Part shown: in pieces, positions 1 through 8,552 of the stretch
Numbering within the stretch: the stretch's first letter is position 1
Layout: every line of letters begins with the position of its first letter
Assembly: GCA_044225365.1 (NCBI GenBank)
Contig: JBGAIQ010000080.1
Coordinates: 1 to 19,837 of the forward strand
From: Planctomycetota bacterium
Lineage (GTDB): Bacteria; Planctomycetota; B15-G4; JADJEK01
DNA: 19,837 nucleotides
Direction of reading: 5' to 3'
Translations under genes and position numbers: made by a program
The notes under the pieces: generated by a model
Told to the model about the DNA's origin: nothing
Databases searched by the model: none
What the model saw: only the letters and a program-made list of their open reading frames with translations

Positions 1-1422
1 GGTGCCTGCAGCGATGGAAAAGAGGCGGCGACCCACCATCCCCTCGCGATCCTCGGCGGCGACGGGCTCGAATGGAGCGTGCTGCGACCGCTCCTCCTGC
101 AGGGCAAGATGCCGAACCTGAAGGCGCTGATCGAGCGCGGAGTCGCCGGGAAGCTCGCGACGTTCATCCCCACGCTCTCGCCGATCATCTGGACCTCGAT
201 CGCGACCGGCAAGCCCCTGGAGGAGCACGGGATCAACGGCTTCATCGATCCCGTCACCAAGCAGCCGTTCACGTCGAATGCTCGACGCGGCAAAGCACTT
301 TGGAACATCGCGTCGGATTACGACCTGCAGACGATCTGCGTCGGCTGGTGGGTGACGTGGCCCGCCGAGGAGATCCACGGCTACATGGTCGCGCCCTACA
401 GTGCGGCGGGACAGAACGCTCAGAACTGGAAGGGCAACTTCAACCCGAAGCTCGAGAACCAGACCTGGCCGCGCGAGCTCTTGAAGGAACTGTTGCCCGT
501 CGCGGACAATTACTCGAAGGAGGGCACGGGACTGAAGGACGTCGCGGAGCGACTTTTTCCTAGGGTCCAGGGCGCGAATCTCGAGAAGAAGGACTTGGAT
601 CTCTTCGGCCAGGCGCTGTGGTCCGCGGCCGCGGACTCGACCTATACCGATTTTGCGATCCATCTGCTCGAGAAGACGAAGGCCGAGAAGAAACCTGCGG
701 ATCTGACGATGGTCTATCTCGGCGGCCCCGACGTCTCGAGCCATCGCTTCTGGAAGTTCCGCTCGCCCGGAGAATTCGAGTTCACGATCCCGCCAGAGGA
801 ACTCGCGCTGTTCGACGCCACGATCGAGCGGTACTACGAGGACTTCGACGCCAAGATCGGTCGCATCGTCGCCGAGCTGCCGCCCGAGACGAACGTGATC
901 GTGTGTTCCGATCACGGCTTCCACGGCTTCGCGACGAAGGAGCCCGATTCGCCATTCTCCGGGCATCACATGGACGCGCCGCCCGGCGTCTTCATCGGCG
1001 CCGGTCCCGACTTTATCAAGTCGCCCAAGTCGGCCGCGATCCTCGATCCCAAATCCTCGGATGCCGTGCCGTTCGTCGGCAAGGTGATGGAGGTCGCGCC
1101 GCTCGCGCTCTACCTGCTCGGCATTCCGCTCGCGCAGGATTTCCACCTCCCGCCCGATGGAGGCCTTCTCGTCAACAAGACGCTCTTGAAGGACCTCGTC
1201 GCGAAACGCCCTCCGCAGTTCGCGATCTACACCCACGACGACGGCTTCCGCGCGCCCACCCGGCCGATCGCCGGACCCGAAGGTTCGCTGAACGACATGA
1301 CGGAGTGGATGAGGCAGAACGGGTATCTCGACGCCGCTACCGGCGGCACGAAGGAAGTGAATCCGCGGGACGGCAAGGACGCATCGACTCCCAAGGATTC
1401 GAAGCCGCCGAACGGTCATTGA
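1..1422 (+). CDS. Alkaline phosphatase superfamily (type I phosphodiesterase/nucleotide pyrophosphatase-like) protein, probable lipoprotein; 5' end outside the window
   Basis: Frame +1 is open from base 1 (GACSDGKEAATHHPLAILGGDGLEWSVLRPLL...), so the ORF-track start at 79 is too late. Motifs: first metal-ligand strand ILGGDG, nucleophile segment TLSPIIWTSIATG, GPDVSSH, SDHGF, SGHH, and a C-terminal MRQNGYL resembling the common LxxLGY tail. GAC-S at the window edge looks like the end of a lipobox. Confidence 0.85.
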   Translation, partial: GACSDGKEAATHHPLAILGGDGLEWSVLRPLLLQGKMPNLKALIERGVAGKLATFIPTLSPIIWTSIATGKPLEEHGINGFIDPVTKQPFTSNARRGKALWNIASDYDLQTICVGWWVTWPAEEIHGYMVAPYSAAGQNAQNWKGNFNPKLENQTWPRELLKELLPVADNYSKEGTGLKDVAERLFPRVQGANLEKKDLDLFGQALWSAAADSTYTDFAIHLLEKTKAEKKPADLTMVYLGGPDVSSHRFWKFRSPGEFEFTIPPEELALFDATIERYYEDFDAKIGRIVAELPPETNVIVCSDHGFHGFATKEPDSPFSGHHMDAPPGVFIGAGPDFIKSPKSAAILDPKSSDAVPFVGKVMEVAPLALYLLGIPLAQDFHLPPDGGLLVNKTLLKDLVAKRPPQFAIYTHDDGFRAPTRPIAGPEGSLNDMTEWMRQNGYLDAATGGTKEVNPRDGKDASTPKDSKPPNGH

Positions 1423-1485
1423 ACGACGTTCCGAGATAGGCGGAGCTCTCTGCCGAACGATCTCGTCGCGGAAGTACGATTCGCG

Positions 1486-2979
1486 TCAGTTCGACAACAC
1501 GCCGATCGCGCGCTCGACGCGCCGCAGGCATACGTCCTTGCCGAGGATGGTCATCGATTCGAGCAAGGGCGGCGACGCCGCTTTGCCCGTGATCGCGAGA
1601 CGCAGGCACATGAACGGCTCGCCGACCTTCCAGCCCTTCGCCGTGGCCGCGTCACGGATCGGCCCCTCGACGCTCGCGGAGTCGAGCGTGGCGGCCTTGT
1701 CGAGCGTGGCCTTCGCGATGCGGAGCGCTTCGATCTGCTCCGCTAGGGTGAGCTTCTTCATGTTCGCGGCGAACAGATCCTTCGAGAGCGGCACTTCCGC
1801 CGCGAAGAAGTAGTCGGTCCACGCCTCGAAGTCATTGAGGGTCTTGAGTCGCTCACGCACGAGGGGGATGAGCGGAAGGACGCGATCGAGCGCGTAGACG
1901 CGGGGATTCTCGGGGCGCGTCGCGTGATAGTCGACGATCTCCTTCGCGAGCACGTGGGGCTCCATCGCGCGGATGTACTCGCCGTTCACCCACAGGAGCT
2001 TCTGCAGATCGAAGACGGGACCGGTGGTGGAGATCGCGAGCGGATCGAATTCGCGCTCGAGCCGGTCGATGCCGAAGATCTCGACGCCGTCCTTGGGATA
2101 CCAGCCCATGAGCGAGAGGAAGTTGAGGAGCGCCTGCGGCAGGTAGCCGTTCTCGCGATACCAGTCGAGCGAGGTCGGGTTCTTGCGCTTGCTGATCTTG
2201 GTCTTGTCGGAGTTGCGCAGGAGCGGGAGATGGCAGAAGACGGGCGGCTCCCATGAGAATGCGCGGTACAGCAGGATGTGCTTCGGCGTCGACGTGATCC
2301 ACTCCTCGGCGCGCATCACGTGCGTGATGCCCATGAGGTGATCGTCGACGACGTTCGCGAGGTGATAGGTCGGGAAGCCGTCGCTCTTCAGCAGAACCTG
2401 GTCGTCGATCTCGCGATTCTTGATCACGATCTCGTCGCGCAGGAGATCCTTGAAGCGAGTCTCGCCGTTCTCGCGATCGGGGATCACGAGGCGGATCACA
2501 TGCGCCTCTCCCGCGGCGGCGCGGCGATCGCTCTCGCCCTTGTCGAGCGTGCGGCAATGACCGTCGTAGCCGAGGATCGAGGCCTTGGCCTTCTTCTGCT
2601 CCTCACGCAATTTCGTGAGCCGCTCCTCGGTGCAGAAGCAGCGATACGCCGTGCCGTTCTCAACGAGCATGGCGCAATGCTCGCGATAGATCTCGCTGCG
2701 CTCGCTCTGGCGATAGGGGCCGAAGGGGCCGCCGATGTCGGGGCCTTCGTCCCAGTCGAGGCCGAGCCAGCGCAGGGCGCGGAAGATCGCCGCCTCGGAT
2801 TCCTTCGTCGACCGCTCGCGATCGGTGTCCTCGATGCGCAGCAGGAACTTGCCGCCGTGGCGGCGTGCGAAGCTGCGGTTGAACAGCGCGATGTAGGCGG
2901 TGCCGACGTGCGGCGCTCCCGTGGGGGACGGAGCGATGCGAACGCGCGGCGGCATACGACCTGGGACGCCATCGACCAT
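1486..2979 (-). CDS. gltX: Glutamate--tRNA ligase
   Basis: RVRIAPSPTG, HIGH-like HVGT, LRIEDTD, GPYRQSER, CFC...YDGHC cluster, PTYHLANVVDDHLMGITHVMRAEEW, KMSKS-like KISKR, C-terminal LRLAITG..SP anticodon-binding region. AGGAAG lies 9 nt before the ATG at 2979; there is an alternative ATG at 2955. Confidence 0.97.
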   Translation of the reverse strand: MVDGVPGRMPPRVRIAPSPTGAPHVGTAYIALFNRSFARRHGGKFLLRIEDTDRERSTKESEAAIFRALRWLGLDWDEGPDIGGPFGPYRQSERSEIYREHCAMLVENGTAYRCFCTEERLTKLREEQKKAKASILGYDGHCRTLDKGESDRRAAAGEAHVIRLVIPDRENGETRFKDLLRDEIVIKNREIDDQVLLKSDGFPTYHLANVVDDHLMGITHVMRAEEWITSTPKHILLYRAFSWEPPVFCHLPLLRNSDKTKISKRKNPTSLDWYRENGYLPQALLNFLSLMGWYPKDGVEIFGIDRLEREFDPLAISTTGPVFDLQKLLWVNGEYIRAMEPHVLAKEIVDYHATRPENPRVYALDRVLPLIPLVRERLKTLNDFEAWTDYFFAAEVPLSKDLFAANMKKLTLAEQIEALRIAKATLDKAATLDSASVEGPIRDAATAKGWKVGEPFMCLRLAITGKAASPPLLESMTILGKDVCLRRVERAIGVLSN

Positions 2980-3007
2980 GTTGGATGTCTTCCTAACGCC
3001 GAACGAA

Positions 3008-3033
3008 AAGGGTTCGCAGTATAGCGATCCCTT
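3008..3033. promoter_or_regulatory. Inverted repeat enclosing a candidate -10 box (TATACT on the minus strand) in the gltX/lipoprotein divergent region
   Basis: AAGGGTTCGC-AGTATA-GCGATCCCTT: the arms match 9/10 and the 6-nt centre reads TATACT on the gltX strand, about 40 nt upstream of the gltX ATG. No convincing -35 box seen. Confidence 0.4.
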
Positions 3034-3071
3034 CCTTCCCGTCGCAGAAGCTGCCAGGATGGCGATCGATC

Positions 3072-3788
3072 ATGAAGCTCCACTTCCTGCTGACCCTCGC
3101 TGTTCTTGGCTGTTCGCGACCGCCCGAGATCACGACCGAGAAGACCCTCCATCAGGCGCGCGATCCGCAGGCGACGCGCGCCGTCGGCAAGATCCAATTG
3201 ATCGGCGGGTACCTGCAGATCGGGCCCGCGCCCGCGGGCGTCGCGAACGACCTCTGCATCGTCGACGTGAAGACGAGCCTTGCCGAGATGACGCCGACGA
3301 TCACCGCATCGACGGCGAGCGACGTCACGACGTTCGCGATCGAACATCCCAAGTACGACTCGAGTCTCGGAAAGGTGCGCAACGAGTGGCGCGTCGGCCT
3401 AGCGCCGGCGCAGCCGCTCGAACTCACGACCGGTCTCATGAGCGGGATCTGCGAGCTGAAGCTCGGCGGGCTCGCGGTGACGAAGGTCGACGCTCGCGTC
3501 GAGCAAGGTCAGTTCGCGATCGACTTCTGCAACGCGCCGATCACGGTGAGCTGCGATGTCGTCGCCGAGGTCGGGACGGGACAACTGCGCGTTCGCTTCC
3601 CCTCGGACCCGGCCGTGGGTGTTCGCGTTCGCGCGCGCAAGGCCGTCGGCGGGATCCAGGTCGAAGGGCTTCGCGCCGAGAAGGACACCTGGGTGAACGA
3701 GTCGTTCGCGACGGCGAAGATCAAACTCGATCTCGCGCTCGGATCGGCCTTCGGCGAAGTGGTCGTCGAGCCTGGCACGAATCCCTGA
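3072..3788 (+). CDS. Lipoprotein, DUF2154/toast-rack (LiaF/LiaG-like beta-solenoid) family
   Basis: Signal peptide with lipobox (MKLHFLLTLAVLG-C). Short beta-strand repeats NEWRVGL...PLEL...LKLGGLAV...VGTGQLRV...VGVRV...GTWVN-like DTWVNESF...LDLALGSAFGEV match my recollection of this family; no HMM was run. Confidence 0.7.
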   Translation: MKLHFLLTLAVLGCSRPPEITTEKTLHQARDPQATRAVGKIQLIGGYLQIGPAPAGVANDLCIVDVKTSLAEMTPTITASTASDVTTFAIEHPKYDSSLGKVRNEWRVGLAPAQPLELTTGLMSGICELKLGGLAVTKVDARVEQGQFAIDFCNAPITVSCDVVAEVGTGQLRVRFPSDPAVGVRVRARKAVGGIQVEGLRAEKDTWVNESFATAKIKLDLALGSAFGEVVVEPGTNP

Positions 3789-3795
3789 CACCGAG

Positions 3796-4108
3796 GGATC
3801 GAGGGAGGTTCGTCGGACCGCCGGGCTCTAGCCCGGCTCCGGATGGATGCGGTGCTCGAGCGGCGTGTCGTATCGCAAGAGAAGAGCCGGGCTAGAGCCC
3901 GGCTCCGGATGGATGCGGTGCTCGAGCGGCGCGTCGTATCGCAAGAGAAGAGCCGGGCTAGAGCCCGGCGGTCCCGGTTCGATGGACGCGCCGTGAGGAT
4001 CGAGGGAGGTTCATCGGACCGCCGGGCTCCGCCCGGCTCCGGATGAAAACGATGCTCGAGCGGCGCGTCGTATCGCAAGAGAAGAGCCGGGCTAGAGCCC
4101 GGCGGTCC
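3796..4108. repeat. REP/BIME-like cluster: two REP doublets (REP-spacer-inverted REP), the first with an internal 66-bp tandem duplication
   Basis: GGACCGCCGGGCTCTAGCCCGGCTC at 3815-3839 (24-nt variant at 4016-4039) and its exact reverse complement at 3950-3974 and 4084-4108, plus a partial copy at 3884-3903. 66-bp units at 3831-3896 and 3897-3962. Shared 5' flank GGATCGAGGGAGGTTC(G/A)TC at 3796 and 3997. Lies between convergent stop codons. Confidence 0.9.
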
Positions 4109-4118
4109 GTGATTTACG

Positions 4119-6983
4119 TCAGGGGCCCTTCGCGACGTGGAAGATCGCGACATCGGCGCGTTCGCCCTTCAGGTACTGCGCGGCGAGGCGTCCGATCGCG
4201 TCTCTATCGGGCCGGACGTAGAACGCTCGCTCGCGCGTGTAGCGTTCGAGAGCGTGCTCGTCGTCGTAGAGCTCGGAAAGGCGATCGTGATAGGGCCGAT
4301 CCTCTTGTTCCTCGAGCATCGGCTGGGTGAGTCGATCGAGCTCTTCCCTCTCGACGCCGTCCGAAGCGAGCCGATCCGCCACCTCGAGCGTCAGCTTTGC
4401 GACGTCGTCCTCGAGGCCGGGGTCGACCTCGAAGTGGACACCGATCCATCCCCAGTTCGACAGATTGGGATCGGCGTAGACGTCGCAGGTCGGAGCGTAG
4501 GTCCAGCCCAGCCGTTCGCGCGAGGTGCGGAACAGACGATCGGCGAGCACGCGCGACAGGACCCTCGCGGCATTCAGACTCGGCTCGTCGTGGAAGAGAC
4601 TTGGGCTGGGGAAGAGGAGCTGCACCGTCGCCTTCTTGCTGCTCGTCGTCAACGTGTACTCGCGATGCAGGCCCGTCGCGAGTTCGCGATCGGTCTGATC
4701 TGCGATGTACTTCTTGTTCGATCGCTTTGGCAGCGAGCCAAACGTCGCAGTGGCGATCGCAGCGGCGTCGTTCACCTCGAAACCGCCCCAGAAGATCACC
4801 ATGAGTTTGCCGCTCGTCACCTGCGGCGCGAGCCAATTGCGCAGGCGTGCGACGTCGAACGCCGCGACGTCCGCCGGCTGCGCGATCGACTTGAAGGCGT
4901 CGTTCTTCAGAACGGCGGGTAGGAACTCCATCGTGAATCTGCCCATCGCGTCGTGCTCGAGCGACTCGAAGTAGCCCGGATAACCGCGGCGGATCGCGAG
5001 CAGCGCGGATCGCCGGAAGCCAGGGTCTTCGAGATAGGCGGCGATGAGGCGGCACTGCGAAAGGAGTTCGTCGCTCGCGCAATTACCGCCAAGGTGGAAC
5101 GAGCCGGAGTTCGTTACGAAGGACAAGTCGATATCGTGCTGCTCGAGGACGAGTCTCCAATCCGGCGCACTGTGCTTCCCGAGTCCCATCTCGACGAAGA
5201 GTCCCTCGGACAAGTTCGGCATCCAGCGCAGCTCCGCCGGCACGCTCGCTCGCCCACCGCCGAACACCGCGCGCACTTCGACGCGCCCCGAAGGCTGCGG
5301 GCGGAAGTAGACCTCCACTCCGTTCTCGAAGACGAGGTGCTCGACGGAGTCGTCGAGTTTCTCGCGCGGCGGGATCCTCCGTGGAACGTTATGGGGATGG
5401 GAATAAGCGAACTCCGTCGAATGAAGAGTGGGGGAGACCGCATCGACATCGATCTTCGTCTCGTCGAGACGCGAGGCGAGCTCCTTCGCAATCGCCTCGC
5501 GATCCCCGCGCGGCAGCGCGATCGCTGCGAGTGCGTGCCCACCGTCAAAGGCCGTTGCGACCGCCTTCGACACCTCGTCGTCGCCGAGCTTTTCGAGCAT
5601 GGGCCGAATTCGCTGCAGGCATTCGAGCGGATCGATCGCCGAGTTCAGTCCCGAAGCTGCGCCGAGCATGCACTCGCACTTCTCGCTCGAGAGTCGAGTG
5701 CGATCGTGGTCGCCATCGACTTCGAGACCATGCGCATAGATCCGCTTCGCATCCGCGATCTCGTCCCGGCTAAATCCGCGCCCGTTCACGAGCGCGATTT
5801 GTTCGATCACGCGAGAGACTGCGGCCTCCCACGACTCGGTCGCCGCCTCGATCGTGAGCCCCACGCCGGCGCGTGGCGTGACTGCGGTCGGCGACACTTC
5901 GTAGAGTTCGGCATCGAGCAGGTCCTCGGGGTACTGCTCGGGCAGCATCGCGAGTCGACGCTGCATCGCGATCCTCGCGACCGCGAGCGGAAGCCGCTTC
6001 ACCTCGTCGGCGAAGGAGCGCGGAGCGGAGTCGGTCTCCACGACGTGCTCGATGCGGATGAACGTCTTGTCGAGCCGCGGATCGATGACGACGCGCGGAC
6101 TCGCCGGGAACGAGAATCCGCGCAGGTCGGGATCCTTCGGGACTTCCTTCGCGACGGGGATCGATCCGAAGGCCTCTTCGATCGCGCGCTTCGCACCGTC
6201 TTCCAGGGCGCCGACCATCACGATCGTGAAATTCTGTGGGACGTAGTGACGCCGATAGAAGCTCGTCGCTTGCTCCAAGGTGAAGTGGTCGCGAACGCCG
6301 CGCACGCCGATCGGATGCCGCGATGCCAGTTTGCTGCCGGCGAAGAAATGTTCGTCGAACGCGTTGCGCCGCGACTCCGCGGCACTCTCTCGCGTCGCTT
6401 CCTCGGCGTTGATGACACCGCGTTCGATCTCGAGATCCTTCGCGTCGAAGCGCCCGTCGACCGCGATGTCGCGCAGTGCGTGCAGGCATTCCCGAATGAG
6501 CTTCGGATCGTTGTGATAGGCGTGCAGGACGTACGTCGTCTCGCCCCACGAAGTGAATCCGTTCAGGTCGGGGCCGAATTCCATTCCGTGCTGCTCGGCC
6601 CAGATCTTGAGCTCTCCGGCCGCGCGATTCCCCGAGTGGCGCAGTACGAGGTGCTCGATCGTGTGTGCGAGTCCGCGCTCGTCGTCCGCTTCCGACGTGG
6701 ATCCGCATCGCACGTGGAGCCAGAGGAAGACCTCGCCCGGAGGATCGCCGAACGGTCGCCATGCGAAGCGCACGCCGTTCTTCAGATGACCGAACTCGAT
6801 CGAAGGGAGAGGGCGGAGATCGGAGACCTCGTGGGGCCAGGGTCGAAGGCCGATGATCTCCTCGTCGCTCGAGGACGGGATCGTTCCGATCGCGCCGATC
6901 GTGCCAGCGGGGCCGGCAACGAGCAGGGCCAGGGCGGCGATTCGCAACGCCGCAGTTCGCGAACGACGATTCTCGAATTGCAT
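4119..6983 (-). CDS. M16 family zinc metallopeptidase (PqqL-like insulinase), secreted
   Basis: N-terminal signal peptide, GHLKNG, inverted zinc motif ERGLAHTIEH (HxxEH), DLNGFTSWGETTY, ERGVINAE, RHPIG, FYRRHYVPQN, second-half FENG and RERLGWTY; 954 aa. Confidence 0.93.
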   Translation of the reverse strand: MQFENRRSRTAALRIAALALLVAGPAGTIGAIGTIPSSSDEEIIGLRPWPHEVSDLRPLPSIEFGHLKNGVRFAWRPFGDPPGEVFLWLHVRCGSTSEADDERGLAHTIEHLVLRHSGNRAAGELKIWAEQHGMEFGPDLNGFTSWGETTYVLHAYHNDPKLIRECLHALRDIAVDGRFDAKDLEIERGVINAEEATRESAAESRRNAFDEHFFAGSKLASRHPIGVRGVRDHFTLEQATSFYRRHYVPQNFTIVMVGALEDGAKRAIEEAFGSIPVAKEVPKDPDLRGFSFPASPRVVIDPRLDKTFIRIEHVVETDSAPRSFADEVKRLPLAVARIAMQRRLAMLPEQYPEDLLDAELYEVSPTAVTPRAGVGLTIEAATESWEAAVSRVIEQIALVNGRGFSRDEIADAKRIYAHGLEVDGDHDRTRLSSEKCECMLGAASGLNSAIDPLECLQRIRPMLEKLGDDEVSKAVATAFDGGHALAAIALPRGDREAIAKELASRLDETKIDVDAVSPTLHSTEFAYSHPHNVPRRIPPREKLDDSVEHLVFENGVEVYFRPQPSGRVEVRAVFGGGRASVPAELRWMPNLSEGLFVEMGLGKHSAPDWRLVLEQHDIDLSFVTNSGSFHLGGNCASDELLSQCRLIAAYLEDPGFRRSALLAIRRGYPGYFESLEHDAMGRFTMEFLPAVLKNDAFKSIAQPADVAAFDVARLRNWLAPQVTSGKLMVIFWGGFEVNDAAAIATATFGSLPKRSNKKYIADQTDRELATGLHREYTLTTSSKKATVQLLFPSPSLFHDEPSLNAARVLSRVLADRLFRTSRERLGWTYAPTCDVYADPNLSNWGWIGVHFEVDPGLEDDVAKLTLEVADRLASDGVEREELDRLTQPMLEEQEDRPYHDRLSELYDDEHALERYTRERAFYVRPDRDAIGRLAAQYLKGERADVAIFHVAKGP

Positions 6984-7051
6984 GGCGCCCTTCCACGAAT
7001 TGCAGGTCTGCGGTTATCGTGACGGTTCCCGAGGATCCCGCAAGGGGCTCC

Positions 7052-7071
7052 GTCTCGCGATTTCGCGAGAC
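7052..7071. promoter_or_regulatory. Perfect 9-2-9 palindrome in a divergent promoter region (candidate operator)
   Basis: GTCTCGCGA-TT-TCGCGAGAC, roughly midway between the starts at 6983 (-) and 7130 (+). Confidence 0.4.
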
Positions 7072-7129
7072 ACTTCGTGACCCTGCCGGATCCAAGGATC
7101 GACTCGTTGATCCTCCAAGGAACCCATCG

Positions 7130-8389
7130 ATGAACTTCACTCTCGGTCGTAGCTCGTTCGCTGTGGCGCTCCTGTTCGGTACGACGTCGTTCGCCGCCGA
7201 GTTCAAGGCGAACGACCTGTTCGTGACGAGCACGAGCACGAATCAGGTATTCGAGTTCGATCCCGCGGGGAATCTCGTGCGGAAGATCAACACGTCCACG
7301 TTGAACTGTCCCGACCCGACCGGCCTCGCCTTCGGTCCCACGGGTACGCTCTTCGTCGCCTCGCGCACGGGCAAGCGAATCGTCGAGATCGGTTCGGATG
7401 GATCGAAAGTGAAGGAGATCGCTCTCGATCCCGCCACGTCGCAACCCGAACAGATCACCTTCGGGCCCGACGGCTACCTGTATGTCGGCTTTGGCGCTTT
7501 CAAGGGATACGAGATCCGACGCACCGACGGCCAGCAGGTCAAGCTCGTGCAAAATGCGGCTTCGACGTTCACGAACGCGATCGGCGTAGCGCTCGATGGC
7601 TCGGTGTGGACGATGGGACAGGGCACGGGAACGCTGTTGAACTGGGACAACACCGGATCGAGCCCGCGACAATATCTGCTCACGTTCCAGGGCGACACGG
7701 CCTCGGGCGGAATCGCGATCGACTCGCGCGGACGCCTCAACATCGTCTTCAACGATTCGGTTCGTCGCTACGACGGCTTCGTTTCATCCCTCGGGCAGTT
7801 CGGATCGTCTGCGCTTCTCAACTTCGACGAGAACGGGATCACCTACGGACCCGACGGGAATCCCTTCATCGCGGGCGGAGTCAGCGCCGTCGTGTACCGC
7901 TTCGATGCGAATGATGTGAAGACGAACGACATCGGCGCGGGGCAGGGAATCAACTTCGCGAGTCATGTCGCCTTCGCTCCCTATCGGTTCGCGGCGACCG
8001 TGAAGGGTCCCTTCTCCACGGACGGTGACCAGACGAAGCTCAACGAGAAGACTGCGGTATTGACCTACTTCCCCGGCAACGGGCGGAACTTCCTCACCTT
8101 CACCGATTCGGTCGCGAACTCGCAGGACTTCGCATCGCTCTTCGCCGCGAAGGACGTCGCGTTCGCCGGATTCGAGCGTTCGACGAGCAGCAAGGTCCGC
8201 TCGTACGTCGGTTCGCAGATCCCCTACGGATCCGGCACGCTCGGAACGGCATCGATCGCGCTCGAAGTGAAGGGCAAGGTGGATCCCGCGACAGGCTTCT
8301 TCGCGGTGACGAGCGCAAAGGGCGACATCCATCGCGGCAGTGGCACCGGCGTGTTCCACGCCACGGTGAAGACGACGAAGCGACTCTGA
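7130..8389 (+). CDS. Secreted NHL-repeat/Vgb-like beta-propeller protein with an unassigned C-terminal beta-rich domain
   Basis: ATG at 7130 preceded by AAGGAA; signal peptide MNFTLGRSSFAVALLFGTTSFA. Blade repeats PTGLAFGPTGTLFVAS, PEQITFGPDGYLYVG, IGVALDGSVWT, GGIAIDSRGRLNI, NGITYGPDGNPFIA. The ORF-track start at 7019 is unlikely because it buries the signal peptide. Confidence 0.82.
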   Translation: MNFTLGRSSFAVALLFGTTSFAAEFKANDLFVTSTSTNQVFEFDPAGNLVRKINTSTLNCPDPTGLAFGPTGTLFVASRTGKRIVEIGSDGSKVKEIALDPATSQPEQITFGPDGYLYVGFGAFKGYEIRRTDGQQVKLVQNAASTFTNAIGVALDGSVWTMGQGTGTLLNWDNTGSSPRQYLLTFQGDTASGGIAIDSRGRLNIVFNDSVRRYDGFVSSLGQFGSSALLNFDENGITYGPDGNPFIAGGVSAVVYRFDANDVKTNDIGAGQGINFASHVAFAPYRFAATVKGPFSTDGDQTKLNEKTAVLTYFPGNGRNFLTFTDSVANSQDFASLFAAKDVAFAGFERSTSSKVRSYVGSQIPYGSGTLGTASIALEVKGKVDPATGFFAVTSAKGDIHRGSGTGVFHATVKTTKRL

Positions 8390-8552
8390 ATCGCGCGACG
8401 CTCACACCGACGTCCGGTCGCCGGCCCTGAATCCGTGAACCCGGGCTGGCTCCATCGAGTATCCTGACGGGCGCGACCGCGTTTATCGGCGTGGTCGGTG
8501 GATCGTTATTGGTTGGCTCTCGAACGCGACGGATCCGAAGAGGAACACGGGT

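Noticed and set aside
1439-1454. Terminator hairpin GGCGGAG-CT-CTCTGCC between convergent genes
   Set aside because: Short stem with a G-U pair, a 2-nt loop and no U-tract; too weak to call.
3796-4108. CRISPR array, or small repeat-encoded proteins (ORFs 3843-4046, 4043-4330)
   Set aside because: The sequences between repeats are near-identical and the repeats occur in both orientations; the ORFs are translations of the repeat with no RBS or recognisable domain.
4953-7022. Long antisense ORFs (4953-7022, also 8667-9926, 14948-16981, 16939-18636)
   Set aside because: They mirror well-supported genes on the opposite strand and show no motifs; typical shadow ORFs of high-GC codon usage.
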